Part shown: positions 1-9,948 of the stretch, in pieces
How positions within the stretch are numbered: position 1 is the stretch's first letter
How the letters are laid out: every line of letters starts with the position of its first letter
Assembly: GCA_964629655.1 (NCBI GenBank)
Contig: CAZVQU010000002.1
Location: forward strand, 524,878-588,877
Reading direction: 5' to 3'
DNA: 64,000 bases
DNA from: an uncultured Planctomycetia bacterium
GTDB lineage: Bacteria; Omnitrophota; Gorgyraeia; Duberdicusellales; 4484-171
Notes under the pieces: generated by a model
The model's input: only the letters and a program-made list of their open reading frames with translations
Database searches by the model: none
Told to the model about the DNA's origin: nothing
Program-made: the position numbers and the translations under genes

Positions 1-5
1 CTATC

Positions 6-668
6 CTAGATTATACCACCTTTTTGAGAAAAATTTGAAAACTCCTGCATATCTGCAGCTAAACCTACCTCTAAGATGACCTTTTGCCTGCTTATTGGGT
101 GGGTAAAGTTTAAGTAAAAAGCATGTAGCCCTAGGCGCTTAAACTTAACCTTAAAGTCACGGCGAAAAGCATACTTATCCTCGCCTAATATCGGATGATT
201 AATCTTTGCCAATTGTATTCTTAACTGATTAGTCCGTCCGGTTATCGGAGATAATTCTAAGATACTCCAACCTGAGAGATCTTTTAACACTCTGTAATAA
301 GTCTTTGCATACTTTTTCTTCTCACCAAAATTTCTACCTTCCCGATCAATAATCTCACCCTGCCAAACTCCTTTTCTTTTTTTAAGGTTTCCCTTAACAA
401 AAGCAATATACTTCTTCTCAACCTCCCGTCGCCTAAATTGATCGGTAATCTTTCTCTGTATTTCTAAACTCTTAGAATAAATTACCAAACCGGTAGTCTC
501 TCGGTCCAGGCGGTGACAAGGGAAAACCTCATACCCCCTTTCTCGCTCTAGGAGCGAGGTTAGGGTATACTTCTCTTCTCTTTTAGAAGCCTGGATTAAA
601 ACCTTGACTATCTTATTAACCACAATTAGATAATCATCATCAAATATAATTTTAAACGGATCTTTCAT
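6..668 (-). CDS. RluA-family RNA pseudouridine synthase
   Basis: HRLDRETTG catalytic-Asp motif, TGRTNQLR and HPILGEDKY motifs. Confidence 0.93.
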   Translation of the reverse strand: MKDPFKIIFDDDYLIVVNKIVKVLIQASKREEKYTLTSLLERERGYEVFPCHRLDRETTGLVIYSKSLEIQRKITDQFRRREVEKKYIAFVKGNLKKRKGVWQGEIIDREGRNFGEKKKYAKTYYRVLKDLSGWSILELSPITGRTNQLRIQLAKINHPILGEDKYAFRRDFKVKFKRLGLHAFYLNFTHPISRQKVILEVGLAADMQEFSNFSQKGGII

Positions 669-675
669 AACTTAG

Positions 676-1056
676 CTACAATAATTTTTTCTGCGGTTGA
701 GGGCAATTCTCAACCGGCTTCCCGGTTATTACTAAAATTCCTAAGGAGCTTCCTAGGAAATTTGCTAAAATATCCCAGAATTCAAAGCTACGAAAGGGTA
801 AAAAATACTGTGTTATCTCTACGAATAGCCCTAAACAAAAAGCGTAGAAAAAACTACAAATTTTAGGGTTCTTTACCTCCTTCCGCAGAAAAGTATTTCC
901 GGCTAAAAATGCCAGCAAAAAATAGGTTAAGGTATGAATTACCTTATCCTGTAAGGGAAATAATAATTGCGGTTGGAGTTTAACAGGAAACAAACCAGCA
1001 ACAATAATCAGAAAAGAGTAGATATAAGTGGTGCACCAAGAAAAAAGATAGCGCAT
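676..1056 (-). CDS. VanZ-like membrane protein
   Basis: DKVIH...YFLL, EITQYFLPFRSFEFWDILANFLG; hydrophobic helices. Confidence 0.85.
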   Translation of the reverse strand: MRYLFSWCTTYIYSFLIIVAGLFPVKLQPQLLFPLQDKVIHTLTYFLLAFLAGNTFLRKEVKNPKICSFFYAFCLGLFVEITQYFLPFRSFEFWDILANFLGSSLGILVITGKPVENCPQPQKKLL

Positions 1057-1072
1057 GAATTTTAGGAGGGAG

Positions 1073-1432
1073 CTACATCTGCCACCATTGCTGAGTTAGC
1101 TCTTGTCGGTGATATTTAAAAATATAATTGTAAATATCTTCTTTATGATAGTCGGGAATACCTGCGAACTGTATTCCTACTTCTCTTCTACCGGGATAAT
1201 CTTTCTGCCATACTACTTGGCCGGAAAGCTTTATAACCTTATCACTCTCTAAGGTAAGATGAAATTTACTTAGATCTTCAGATAAAAGCTGTGGAGATCT
1301 ATCGAAAATAACCTTTACGCCCTTCATGCTTATGTCTCTAACTACTCCCTTAACCGCTGAAGAGAGTTTATCCTGGACAAACTTCAAGGGAAAAGAAACC
1401 TGAAATCTCATAAATCCTCTCTTCTCATCCAT
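1073..1432 (-). CDS. Stand-alone PilZ domain protein
   Basis: RGFMR (RxxxR) and DISMKG (DxSxxG) c-di-GMP-binding motifs; GQVVW. Confidence 0.88.
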   Translation of the reverse strand: MDEKRGFMRFQVSFPLKFVQDKLSSAVKGVVRDISMKGVKVIFDRSPQLLSEDLSKFHLTLESDKVIKLSGQVVWQKDYPGRREVGIQFAGIPDYHKEDIYNYIFKYHRQELTQQWWQM

Positions 1433-1451
1433 AACAATTTCCGCCTTCTCT

Positions 1452-1838
1452 TTACTCTAAACCTCTTCTCTTTAATGCTTCTTCGATCTTAACCTTCAAA
1501 ATTTCTATTTGGACTGGTTTAACAATATAATCCTCATCGTAAAGTTTAGCAGCTCTTATCTTTGAATCTATATCACCCTTGGCAGTAAGCATTATCACCG
1601 GGATAGATAAGATTCCTTTAGTCTTTTTAATCTTCTCCAGAACCTCAAAACCATCCATCTTCGGCATCATAATATCAAGAAGAATAACGTCTATGTCAGA
1701 AGTTGCAGCAATAGCTATACCTTCTTTACCGCTGGTAGCTATAATCACCTCATAATTTCCGACTAATTCCAAATTAGCCTTTACAAAAAAGGTTAAATCC
1801 TCTTCGTCGTCAATAATTAATACTTTTCTTTCCTTCAT
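1452..1838 (-). CDS. Single-domain response regulator (receiver)
   Basis: LIIDDE, LLDIMMPKMDG, MLTA, YIVKP. Confidence 0.95.
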   Translation of the reverse strand: MKERKVLIIDDEEDLTFFVKANLELVGNYEVIIATSGKEGIAIAATSDIDVILLDIMMPKMDGFEVLEKIKKTKGILSIPVIMLTAKGDIDSKIRAAKLYDEDYIVKPVQIEILKVKIEEALKRRGLE

Positions 1839-1877
1839 CCTTCTCCCTCCCCTGCCAGCAGACAGGCTTTCCTTTTG

Positions 1878-1905
1878 ATAATACCACCGGTCCCAAAGAT
1901 GTCAA
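1878..1905 (-). promoter_or_regulatory. Putative sigma70 promoter for the receiver gene
   Basis: Minus strand TTGACA-16 nt-TATTAT with extended -10 TGn. Confidence 0.55.
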
Positions 1906-1922
1906 GAAAAGGGTTTTAAGCC

Positions 1923-4616
1923 TTAGAAAAGAGGCAAAACAATCCTAACTGTAGTACCTTTGCCAAGTTCGCTATCAACAAGCAAAGAGCCATGATTATT
2001 CTCAACAATTGTCTTAGACATTGCCAATCCTAGGCCAGTGCCTTTTTTATCTCTTTTAGTGGTAAAAAATGGCTCAAAGAGTCTGGGGAGGTTCTTTTTG
2101 GCTATGCCCTCTCCAGTATCAATTACTTCAATTACGCACACTCTCCCGCCTCTTGAAAACTCCTCTCCGGAGGCCTTATGAGTTCTGACCCTTATGTCGC
2201 CTCCCTTAGGCATAACATCAATGGCATTCACAAATATATTAAATAAAACCTGCTGCATCTGGTTCTTGTCTATATCGATATGGAGATCTTCTTTGCCAAA
2301 TTCAGTAGTAATCTCTATGTTAACTAAAGAACTTCTATATTTAAGCAAGGAAAGAGTATCGTTGATTAACTCTTGCGGGGTTAACTTCTCAGTTTTAATC
2401 TCCGAAGGCATAGCAAACTTTACTAAGTTACAAACAATAGTATCGGCTCGCAGTGTAGATTCTTTTATCTTCTTTAGAGCAACCTTAATATCTCTATCTT
2501 TGGTTTGTAGTTTTCGCTCTAGGTATTCAGTACCCCCGAGGATGATTCCTAAAGGATTCTTCACTTCATGGGCAACCCCTGAAGAAAATCTTCCTAAAGC
2601 TGCAAGCTTTTCAGACTGGACCAAACCGTATTGGGCTTCCTTTAACTTTTCCGAGGCATGGCTTAGCTCCTCGTTTGCTTTTATACGTTCCTCCTCTACT
2701 CCGATGGCTGAAGCAATAATTCCTAAAAACTTCTTATCTTCACCGCCAAGCACAGGTTCATTCTTGTAAACTCCGCATAAGACACCTACATGTCGGCTAC
2801 GACATTTAACTGCCTTACCAATAAAAGTACGGAATTGATAGAGCGAACAAAATGGGTCTTCACCGACGCAAGAAGAATGCGGCAAATTATATACAATTAA
2901 AGAACCATCTTTCTCCTCTTTTATGACCTCCCCGCAAAGGCTACCAGAGTACTTTCCCTCACTCTCATACCCTGGAGGCGGATTATATTGGCCTATAGAG
3001 TGGTAAGTATTCTCTTTAAGGTCAATTCGATGATAAAAAGCTGAACTCGACACCAAAATGTTGCCACAAAGAGCAACTAAGCGTTGAATATTATCTATGG
3101 AATCAGCTCCCAAATTCAGCAGGCACTCATTTACCTGGCTTAAATGCTGTTCATCTCTTTTACGCTTGATAACCCCGGCTAAAGTAGTTGAGATTGTATT
3201 TAAAAACTCTTCTTCTCTTGCGCCCTGTTTGTGTCCTCTCTCCATGCATACATCTATTACCCCGATTATATTCCCGGCGTATACAATAGGACTGCAATAA
3301 TGAGCCCGGGGTTCTATACCTCTGTTTTTAGCAACCAAGTCTTCCTTGAAACCATCATCAAACTGGAAATCTCCTAAAGCTGCTGCCCGGCCACAAACAC
3401 CTTTGCCAAAAGGAACTCGTCGATACTCCTTTTTTAAGGCTTCGGGGAGCCTGCTTTGAACATTCATTGATAATACCTGAGGCTCTGATCCGACAAGAAA
3501 TATCGCCCCCATACCCAAGGAAGAAAATAATGGCGAGGAGAGAATAATATTAAGAGCACACTTTAAAAACCCATCTAAAGAAATACTTTCCAGTGAAAAA
3601 CGCAAGAGAGAACTTATTGCTGCCTGAGCAAGGTAATTATGGCGAATCTCCTGCTCTTGTTTATCGACCCTGCTAAAATCTTCAAAAGTCTCTATCACAG
3701 CTACAATTTCACCCCTTTTATTCTCGATCGGAAACGAAACCACCTTATAGGTTCCCAGCGCACCTTTAGCAGATGCTTTTACCAAATCCTCCTGGGTCTT
3801 TTTGCTGCTCAAAGCTTTACAGGTTGGACAAACCAAACAGGGCTCCTTAGAAGAAGAACTGAGGAGATTATGACAAACCGAGCCTTCAGAGAAACCTGGA
3901 CCGGTAAACCACTTCTTCATCTGCCTATTCATGTAGAGAATTTCTCGGTTTGAAGATACCAAGGATACTCCAATGTTAATATTATCAATTATGTTCTTAT
4001 ACCCCTCCCCGGTCTTTTTTAATACTTCCTCAACCCGCTGGTGAGTAGTGATATCGACACCAACACTAATAACATATTTACCGGAGCCTTTCTTATTAGA
4101 AACAACGGTATTAGACCACTTTATTAACCTCTTGCTACCATCCTTGCATATCCAACGATCTTCATAATCCTGAGGGAACTCGCCGTGTTTTAAGTCAAAT
4201 AAATCATTCTTGGCAGTATCAGCATCTTTATTTTCTAAAAACAGCTGCCAAAAATGCTTATCTTTAACCTCATCAAAAGTATAACCAGTTATTCGTTCAC
4301 AAGTGTGATTAAAGCGCACGATTTTCCCTGTAGAATCAAAGGCTATTACCAACGATCCCATCTTATCTAGAAGATAAGGAATTAAATCGTAGCTCTTATC
4401 CAACTCGACTTCGAGTTCTTTTTGTTTGCGGTTAACAAGTTGGAAGTAAATGCCCACAGCTATCAGGAAGAAGACTACTGGCAGACGCAACCAGAAGGAA
4501 TGAACCGTAGGATGAAAAACAGCTTGAATAAAGCTGGTTTCTTTAAGAGCAAATGTCTCTACTCCGGCCCAAATAAGCCAATAGGCTGCGCTAAGGATAA
4601 AAGCAAGATTTACCAT
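1923..4616 (-). CDS. Membrane PAS/PAS/GAF/GAF sensor histidine kinase
   Basis: N-terminal TM helices; PAS (FNHTCERITGYTFDEV); GAF (GKGVCGRAA); H-box AHEVKNPL; N, G1, F, G2 boxes (PFFTTK...GTGLGL). Confidence 0.93.
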   Translation of the reverse strand: MVNLAFILSAAYWLIWAGVETFALKETSFIQAVFHPTVHSFWLRLPVVFFLIAVGIYFQLVNRKQKELEVELDKSYDLIPYLLDKMGSLVIAFDSTGKIVRFNHTCERITGYTFDEVKDKHFWQLFLENKDADTAKNDLFDLKHGEFPQDYEDRWICKDGSKRLIKWSNTVVSNKKGSGKYVISVGVDITTHQRVEEVLKKTGEGYKNIIDNINIGVSLVSSNREILYMNRQMKKWFTGPGFSEGSVCHNLLSSSSKEPCLVCPTCKALSSKKTQEDLVKASAKGALGTYKVVSFPIENKRGEIVAVIETFEDFSRVDKQEQEIRHNYLAQAAISSLLRFSLESISLDGFLKCALNIILSSPLFSSLGMGAIFLVGSEPQVLSMNVQSRLPEALKKEYRRVPFGKGVCGRAAALGDFQFDDGFKEDLVAKNRGIEPRAHYCSPIVYAGNIIGVIDVCMERGHKQGAREEEFLNTISTTLAGVIKRKRDEQHLSQVNECLLNLGADSIDNIQRLVALCGNILVSSSAFYHRIDLKENTYHSIGQYNPPPGYESEGKYSGSLCGEVIKEEKDGSLIVYNLPHSSCVGEDPFCSLYQFRTFIGKAVKCRSRHVGVLCGVYKNEPVLGGEDKKFLGIIASAIGVEEERIKANEELSHASEKLKEAQYGLVQSEKLAALGRFSSGVAHEVKNPLGIILGGTEYLERKLQTKDRDIKVALKKIKESTLRADTIVCNLVKFAMPSEIKTEKLTPQELINDTLSLLKYRSSLVNIEITTEFGKEDLHIDIDKNQMQQVLFNIFVNAIDVMPKGGDIRVRTHKASGEEFSRGGRVCVIEVIDTGEGIAKKNLPRLFEPFFTTKRDKKGTGLGLAMSKTIVENNHGSLLVDSELGKGTTVRIVLPLF

Positions 4617-4664
4617 TCTATATAGCTATTTTGAATTTTTATTAACTAATGCTTATCCAAGGAC

Positions 4665-4692
4665 ATTTTACTCCTTCCTCAAAAGGTGTCAA
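4665..4692 (-). promoter_or_regulatory. Putative sigma70 promoter for the histidine kinase
   Basis: Minus strand TTGACA-16 nt-TAAAAT in the divergent intergenic region. Confidence 0.55.
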
Positions 4693-4759
4693 GACAGGGT
4701 TTTACAAAAACAAGTAATTTTCTGCTTTCTGGAATAATTTGATACTCGAAGAATAAAGG

Positions 4760-4788
4760 TTTACAAGGAAAAAAATAAGTTTTACAAT
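4760..4788 (+). promoter_or_regulatory. Putative sigma70 promoter of comF-lptFG (probably leaderless)
   Basis: TTTACA-17 nt-TACAAT ending 7 nt before the ATG at 4796; no Shine-Dalgarno sequence. Confidence 0.6.
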
Positions 4789-4795
4789 AACCTCT

Positions 4796-5500
4796 ATGCT
4801 TAGTAGCTATCTGAGAGTGCTGAGGGATCTTCTTTTTCCTTGCCTCTGCCTCTGTTGTGAGAAAAAAATCTCTCAAGATTATCTTTGCCGGGAATGCGAG
4901 GAAAAAATAGTCTTTCTGCCTCCTCCCCGCTGTCGCTACTGCTTAAGGCCTTTAGGCATTAACTCATCAGGCTCCTGCCAAGAGTGTTCAAAAAAGATCT
5001 ACCCCTATCAAAGACTCATTAGTGCTACTGTCTACAAAGAGCCTATGACAAGCTTGATACACCTCTTCAAATATAAGAATTGCGATTATCTTGCTGGTTT
5101 TCTCTCTGAGCTGATGGTAAGATACCTAGTGAAAACAGGCTTTAATCCCAATAAACATCAGATCATCGCCCCTGTGCCCCTACATAAAGATAAGCTAAAA
5201 ATAAGGGGTTATAATCAGGCCGGGCTTCTTTCAAAATTGTTATCAAATCATTTTAAAATCTCTTTTAGAGATGATATAATAGGGAATACAGATATCCGGC
5301 CTTCCCAAACTAAACTTCCCAAACAAAAGAGGGGAAAAAATGTCCAAGGGGTATTTGTAGTGCGAGAAGACTTGCAAAATAAGAACATTATTCTGGTAGA
5401 TGATATTTTTACTACTGGCTCAACAGCCAGTGCCTGTTCTCGGGTTTTGAAAGAAAAGGGGGCAGGAAATATTACAGTGTTAACTTTATCAAAGACATAA
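4796..5500 (+). CDS. comF: ComF-family protein (double zinc ribbon + phosphoribosyltransferase-like domain)
   Basis: Multiple CxxC; PVPLH, RGYNQA, LVDDIFTTGST. Confidence 0.92.
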   Translation: MLSSYLRVLRDLLFPCLCLCCEKKISQDYLCRECEEKIVFLPPPRCRYCLRPLGINSSGSCQECSKKIYPYQRLISATVYKEPMTSLIHLFKYKNCDYLAGFLSELMVRYLVKTGFNPNKHQIIAPVPLHKDKLKIRGYNQAGLLSKLLSNHFKISFRDDIIGNTDIRPSQTKLPKQKRGKNVQGVFVVREDLQNKNIILVDDIFTTGSTASACSRVLKEKGAGNITVLTLSKT

Positions 5501-5522
5501 TAAAAACTATTGTAATCAGAAA

Positions 5523-6602
5523 ATGAAGATTTTAAGAAATTACATCATCAAAGACTTCATGTCAGTATTTATATTTTCATTCCTTATCTTAAGCATGGTA
5601 ATGCTCATGGGTAATCTAATGAAAGTGTCTGATATGATCGTACGAAAAGGAGTAAGCGTTATTGACGCCTTAAAAATACTCTCTTTTTTCGTCCCCTATC
5701 TTTTAGGTTTTACCATCCCCCTATCTTTTCTAATGGGTGTCTTATTAGTTATGGGCAGGTTAATCGCCGACAATGAGATTGTCGCTATTAGGGTAGCCGG
5801 TATCTCTCTGTTTAAAATCTTGAACATCTTCCTGATCTTAGGATTTATCTTTTCACTCTTTCTCTTCATTCTCAATGACCGGGTAATCCCTGATTTTCAC
5901 TACCGCTACAGAAGCGAAATAAAGAATATCTACTCCAAGAATGTGTCAGCTCTTATCGAACCCGGAGTATTCATGGAACACTTCCAGAATTACATTCTTT
6001 ACGTTGCTGATAAGAATGGTAATAAGTTAAAGAATATCTTTATCTATGAAATTGATGACAAACAGCAGACTACCAAGGTAACCTTTGCCAAGGAAGGTGA
6101 GTTCATTGTCGAAGGAGATATACTAAAGATAAAATTAGAAGAAGGTTTCCGGGATGAGACCGTCTCTAAAGAAGGGAAGATGGAACTCTATCGTCTTAAT
6201 TTTAAAGTATTCTTCATGGATATACCTATTCAGAAACGTGAAAAGGTAAAGGTAAATAAAAAATCCTCGGACATGAGACTTTCAGAGCTTCGGGAAAAGA
6301 TTGCTCTGCTCAACGCTCCGGAATTAAAAGGCGAATTCCATAAAAGAATAAGCTTTTCCTTCTCATGCCTTGCTTTTATTATCCTTGGTTTTGGTATCTC
6401 TTTGGTAGTAAAACACCGAGAAAAATCGATAAATTTCGGTATTGCCTTTTTAACTGCTGGTGTTTACTACTTACTATTTATCCTGGGAGAAGCTCTGCTT
6501 GAATATCGCCACATTCATCCTGCCCTAGGCATGTGGCTACCGAATATAATAGTTATCTCTCTGGGAGGATACCTTATCTTTAGATATGCGCATTCTAGAT
6601 AG
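5523..6602 (+). CDS. lptF: LPS export permease, LptF/LptG family (LptF-like)
   Basis: MKILRNYI start, GRLIADNEIVAIRVAGIS, six TM, WLPN; tandem with a paralog. Confidence 0.85.
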   Translation: MKILRNYIIKDFMSVFIFSFLILSMVMLMGNLMKVSDMIVRKGVSVIDALKILSFFVPYLLGFTIPLSFLMGVLLVMGRLIADNEIVAIRVAGISLFKILNIFLILGFIFSLFLFILNDRVIPDFHYRYRSEIKNIYSKNVSALIEPGVFMEHFQNYILYVADKNGNKLKNIFIYEIDDKQQTTKVTFAKEGEFIVEGDILKIKLEEGFRDETVSKEGKMELYRLNFKVFFMDIPIQKREKVKVNKKSSDMRLSELREKIALLNAPELKGEFHKRISFSFSCLAFIILGFGISLVVKHREKSINFGIAFLTAGVYYLLFILGEALLEYRHIHPALGMWLPNIIVISLGGYLIFRYAHSR

Positions 6603-7674
6603 ATACATAGTAAAAAGCATAAGCTTAGGATACTTGTTTATCCTCTTGGTATTTATAGGGCTCTACTTTGTTGCCGATATATTCACTAACCTCTCTGACA
6701 TTCTAAGAGCAAAAACCCCTCTGCTAATTTTGGCTCAATACTATATTGCTTCTCTGCCATTGATATTCTTAAGAGTGAGCCCTCTGGCCTTACTGATAAG
6801 CACGCTCTACACTTTTGGCGAACTGAATAAGAATAATGAAATCGTAAGCATCAGGGCCTCGGGTTTAAGTATCATCCGAATTGCCTTTCCAATAATATTC
6901 TTTGCCTTATTCCTCTCAGTGGCGACATTCTTTATACAAGAGCAGACTCTTATGCAATCACAGAAGAAGGTTGATGATATAAAAACACAATTCATAAAAA
7001 ATAGCACGATTACCACCGACGAGGAACGAAACCTTGCCTTTACCTCTGGTAACAGGATATTCTTTGTCCAGAGATTTTTACCTAAAAGAGGTATCTTAGA
7101 GAATGTTATAATCTTTAAGGAAGGAGAAGATGGAGGGCTTGAGAAAAAAATAGTCTGCAAAGAAATCGTCTATGAATACGGCTTCTGGATAGCCAAGGAT
7201 ATTGTCGAGTATAGTCTTGATCGAGACGGAAATATATCTGATACTCCCACCTCTTTACCAACCAAGAAAATCAGCCTAAAGGAAAAACCCAAGGAACTGC
7301 TCTTAAAAAGAAGTATTTTCTCTCAGTACTCCTCCCTAAGCCACTTAAAAAAAGAGATCGCCCGGCTAGAAAAGGTAAAAGCCGGTAATCTTCTGGCGAA
7401 TTTAACTATTGATTACTATCAAAAGGTAGCTGAACCCTTTTCGCATCTTTTTATTGTTATTGGTATCTTACCGATAGCCTTAGAAATCAAAAAAAGAAAA
7501 GTAGCCCTCTCCTCCCTGGGGATAGGCTTTATCTTCAGTTTTATCTACTATATTCTCTCCTCTTTTAGCATTGCCTTAGGAAAATCAGGAGTTATCCTGC
7601 CGTTTTTAAGCGTAAGCTTAGCTCCGGCATTCTTTTTAACCGTAGGAATAACCGGCCTTCTTTTAGTCAGATAA
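6586..7674 (+). CDS. lptG: LPS export permease, LptF/LptG family (LptG-like)
   Basis: MRILDRYI start, LNKNNEIVSIRASGLS, six TM. Confidence 0.85.
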   Translation: MRILDRYIVKSISLGYLFILLVFIGLYFVADIFTNLSDILRAKTPLLILAQYYIASLPLIFLRVSPLALLISTLYTFGELNKNNEIVSIRASGLSIIRIAFPIIFFALFLSVATFFIQEQTLMQSQKKVDDIKTQFIKNSTITTDEERNLAFTSGNRIFFVQRFLPKRGILENVIIFKEGEDGGLEKKIVCKEIVYEYGFWIAKDIVEYSLDRDGNISDTPTSLPTKKISLKEKPKELLLKRSIFSQYSSLSHLKKEIARLEKVKAGNLLANLTIDYYQKVAEPFSHLFIVIGILPIALEIKKRKVALSSLGIGFIFSFIYYILSSFSIALGKSGVILPFLSVSLAPAFFLTVGITGLLLVR

Positions 7675-7678
7675 TTGT

Positions 7679-8797
7679 TTAAACTTTTGAAAGATTTTTA
7701 TATATCCGGGGTATTTGCAACGATAGACGGCTAACGATCTCATAGGGAATAGTACTGGCGGTCTTAGCTAAACTTTCAGCGCTTATCTTCTTACCCTTGC
7801 TCTTTCCGATTAAGGTTACCTCAGTTCCGGTTTTAATATCATCTCTTGAACCTAAGTCAACCATGATATGATCCATGCAGACCCTGCCGGCAAGATTAAA
7901 AAGACTACCCCTGATAATTACCTTACTCTTACCAGATAAAACCCAGGGATAACCATCAGCATAACCAGCCGCTACGGTAGCAATGCTTCTCTTGCCCTTA
8001 GCAATATAATTCCGGCCATAGCTTACGCTGGCCCCTTTATTAATCTTCTTAACAAAGATAACCTTTGATTTTAAAGAAAGAATTGGCTTAACGCTTAAGT
8101 TAAGATCCTTGGCTGGTTTGATTCCATAGAGAATAAGGCCAGGCCTAACCATATTAAAGTGAGCATTGGGATACTTTAATATGCCAATACTATTAGCACA
8201 ATGACTATACTTAAAAGATATCTTCTCTTTGGCTAGTTGTTTAATAAAACTATTGAAAATACCAATCTGATGGTTAGTAAATTTTTTATCACTATCAGCA
8301 ACCGGGAAGTGAGTGTAAATACCTTCTAAGAATAAATTCTTAAAAGTGTTTAATTTTTTAACAAAACCATGGGCTCGATTGTAGTGAATACCTAAGCGGC
8401 CCATACCAGTATCAATCTTTACATGGATTGGTACAACCTTATTTGCTGCTTGGGCGGCGCTATTTAGCTTACGGGCAAAACCTAAGTCAACAACTGTCGG
8501 GGTTATATTGTAACGGATGAAATGGTTAATGAACTCATTTAAGACTACGGTTAAGATAAGAAGTGAACCATCATAGCCATCTTCTCTTAAAGCAATCGCC
8601 TCCTCAATACTGCCCAGCCCGAAAAAATCAACTCCTCCCCGGCCTAATTCTCTGGCTACTGGAAGCAGGCCATGGCCATAGGCAGATTGCTTTATAGTAG
8701 CAACTATTCTTACCCTTGGACCAAGGTATCTTTGAACAACCTTTAGATTATTCCGCAGAGCTCCTAAATCTACCTCTATCCATAACGGTCTAGTCAT
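7679..8797 (-). CDS. alr: Alanine racemase
   Basis: IKQSAYGHG (PLP lysine), KIDTGMGRLG, VRPGLILYG, GYADGY, GRVCMD. Confidence 0.97.
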   Translation of the reverse strand: MTRPLWIEVDLGALRNNLKVVQRYLGPRVRIVATIKQSAYGHGLLPVARELGRGGVDFFGLGSIEEAIALREDGYDGSLLILTVVLNEFINHFIRYNITPTVVDLGFARKLNSAAQAANKVVPIHVKIDTGMGRLGIHYNRAHGFVKKLNTFKNLFLEGIYTHFPVADSDKKFTNHQIGIFNSFIKQLAKEKISFKYSHCANSIGILKYPNAHFNMVRPGLILYGIKPAKDLNLSVKPILSLKSKVIFVKKINKGASVSYGRNYIAKGKRSIATVAAGYADGYPWVLSGKSKVIIRGSLFNLAGRVCMDHIMVDLGSRDDIKTGTEVTLIGKSKGKKISAESLAKTASTIPYEIVSRLSLQIPRIYKNLSKV

Positions 8798-8798
8798 C

Positions 8799-9482
8799 TT
8801 ATTCGGCCCTCTTTCTTATTTGGCAATTTCTAGGATGTAAGTATAACGGCTTAAGCTTATCGAGAGCTTTAAACTTACTCTTATTATAATACAATTCTGC
8901 CAAAGGCATAAGATATTTTGCCGTAGGGAAAATATTCTTGGAATAGAAGTTTAGCTTAGGATTTAGGCTTAAAATTTTATCCCTTAAGTGTGAATCATAG
9001 GTAATAAAAAGATACTCTCTGTCAATCTTGATAAGCTCCTCTAAAGTGATAAGCTTTTCCTTACCCTGTTTAGTTAAATTCCCATTCTTGGCCTTAAAAC
9101 AACTCAGATAAATTAAACCCCGCCTGGCGTCGGAAACAACGGCTAAGTTCCCAGATTTACTCCTTAAGCGATAAGCACAGGAGTAAAATGAGCCAATTGC
9201 GATTACCGGCTTTTCTTTGGCGATTGCAAAGGCCTTAATCACGCTAAAAGATATACGCAGGCCAGTGAATGAACCCGGCCCGGAACCAATCACAAAAGCA
9301 TCAATAGTCGATAAATCTATTTTTCTCTCTCTCATAGCTTTGCCAATATAACTAATGAGCTGAGAAGCACCAAACTTAAGTCTGCGGTTTATATTTATCT
9401 CCTTATCCGCCTCATACCTTATGCATAGGGAAAGATTCTGGCTAGTGGCATCAACCGCCAAAAAGTTTACTCTTTTAAACAT
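8799..9482 (-). CDS. tsaB: t6A biosynthesis protein TsaB
   Basis: GPGSFTGLRI, DARR; adjacent to tsaE. Confidence 0.93.
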   Translation of the reverse strand: MFKRVNFLAVDATSQNLSLCIRYEADKEININRRLKFGASQLISYIGKAMRERKIDLSTIDAFVIGSGPGSFTGLRISFSVIKAFAIAKEKPVIAIGSFYSCAYRLRSKSGNLAVVSDARRGLIYLSCFKAKNGNLTKQGKEKLITLEELIKIDREYLFITYDSHLRDKILSLNPKLNFYSKNIFPTAKYLMPLAELYYNKSKFKALDKLKPLYLHPRNCQIRKRAE

Positions 9483-9945
9483 ATTTTTTATAGATTCTTT
9501 CTAAAGCCTCTAATCTCTTCTTAGGGTAACCCTTAACAGAAAACTTTATATTACGTATATTTTCTCGGGAAAAGACAAACTCTACCTTTATATACTTATC
9601 TAACCTCTCCTTAATCTTGTTTCCCCATTCAATAAGAGTTATTATTCTCTTAGAATAAAGAAAATCATCAATTCCTAAATCAAATATATCACTAAACTCC
9701 AAGCGGTATAGATCAAGGTGATATACTGATAGTTTGTTTAGATCATATTGCCGAAGCAGGGTAAATGAAGGGCTTAGGACTCTTTTTTTATAACCCAAAC
9801 CGGATAACACACCCTTGGTAAAGGTAGTCTTCCCCCCGCCTAAAACCCCTTCTAAGACAACAACGTCTTCTGCCTTTAGGCTCTTAGAGAATAACTTACC
9901 GAAATCAATAGTCTTACTGGCTGAAGTACTTTTTAGCTTAAGCAT
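9475..9945 (-). CDS. tsaE: t6A biosynthesis ATPase TsaE
   Basis: GVLGGGKTT, SPSF, HLDLYRL, IEW. Confidence 0.95.
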   Translation of the reverse strand: MLKLKSTSASKTIDFGKLFSKSLKAEDVVVLEGVLGGGKTTFTKGVLSGLGYKKRVLSPSFTLLRQYDLNKLSVYHLDLYRLEFSDIFDLGIDDFLYSKRIITLIEWGNKIKERLDKYIKVEFVFSRENIRNIKFSVKGYPKKRLEALERIYKKYV

Positions 9946-9948
9946 ATT

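Noticed and set aside
1851-1866. CCTGCCAGCAGACAGG short palindrome upstream of the receiver gene
   Set aside because: Resembles a small dispersed palindromic repeat but is a single degenerate copy here, which is not enough support.
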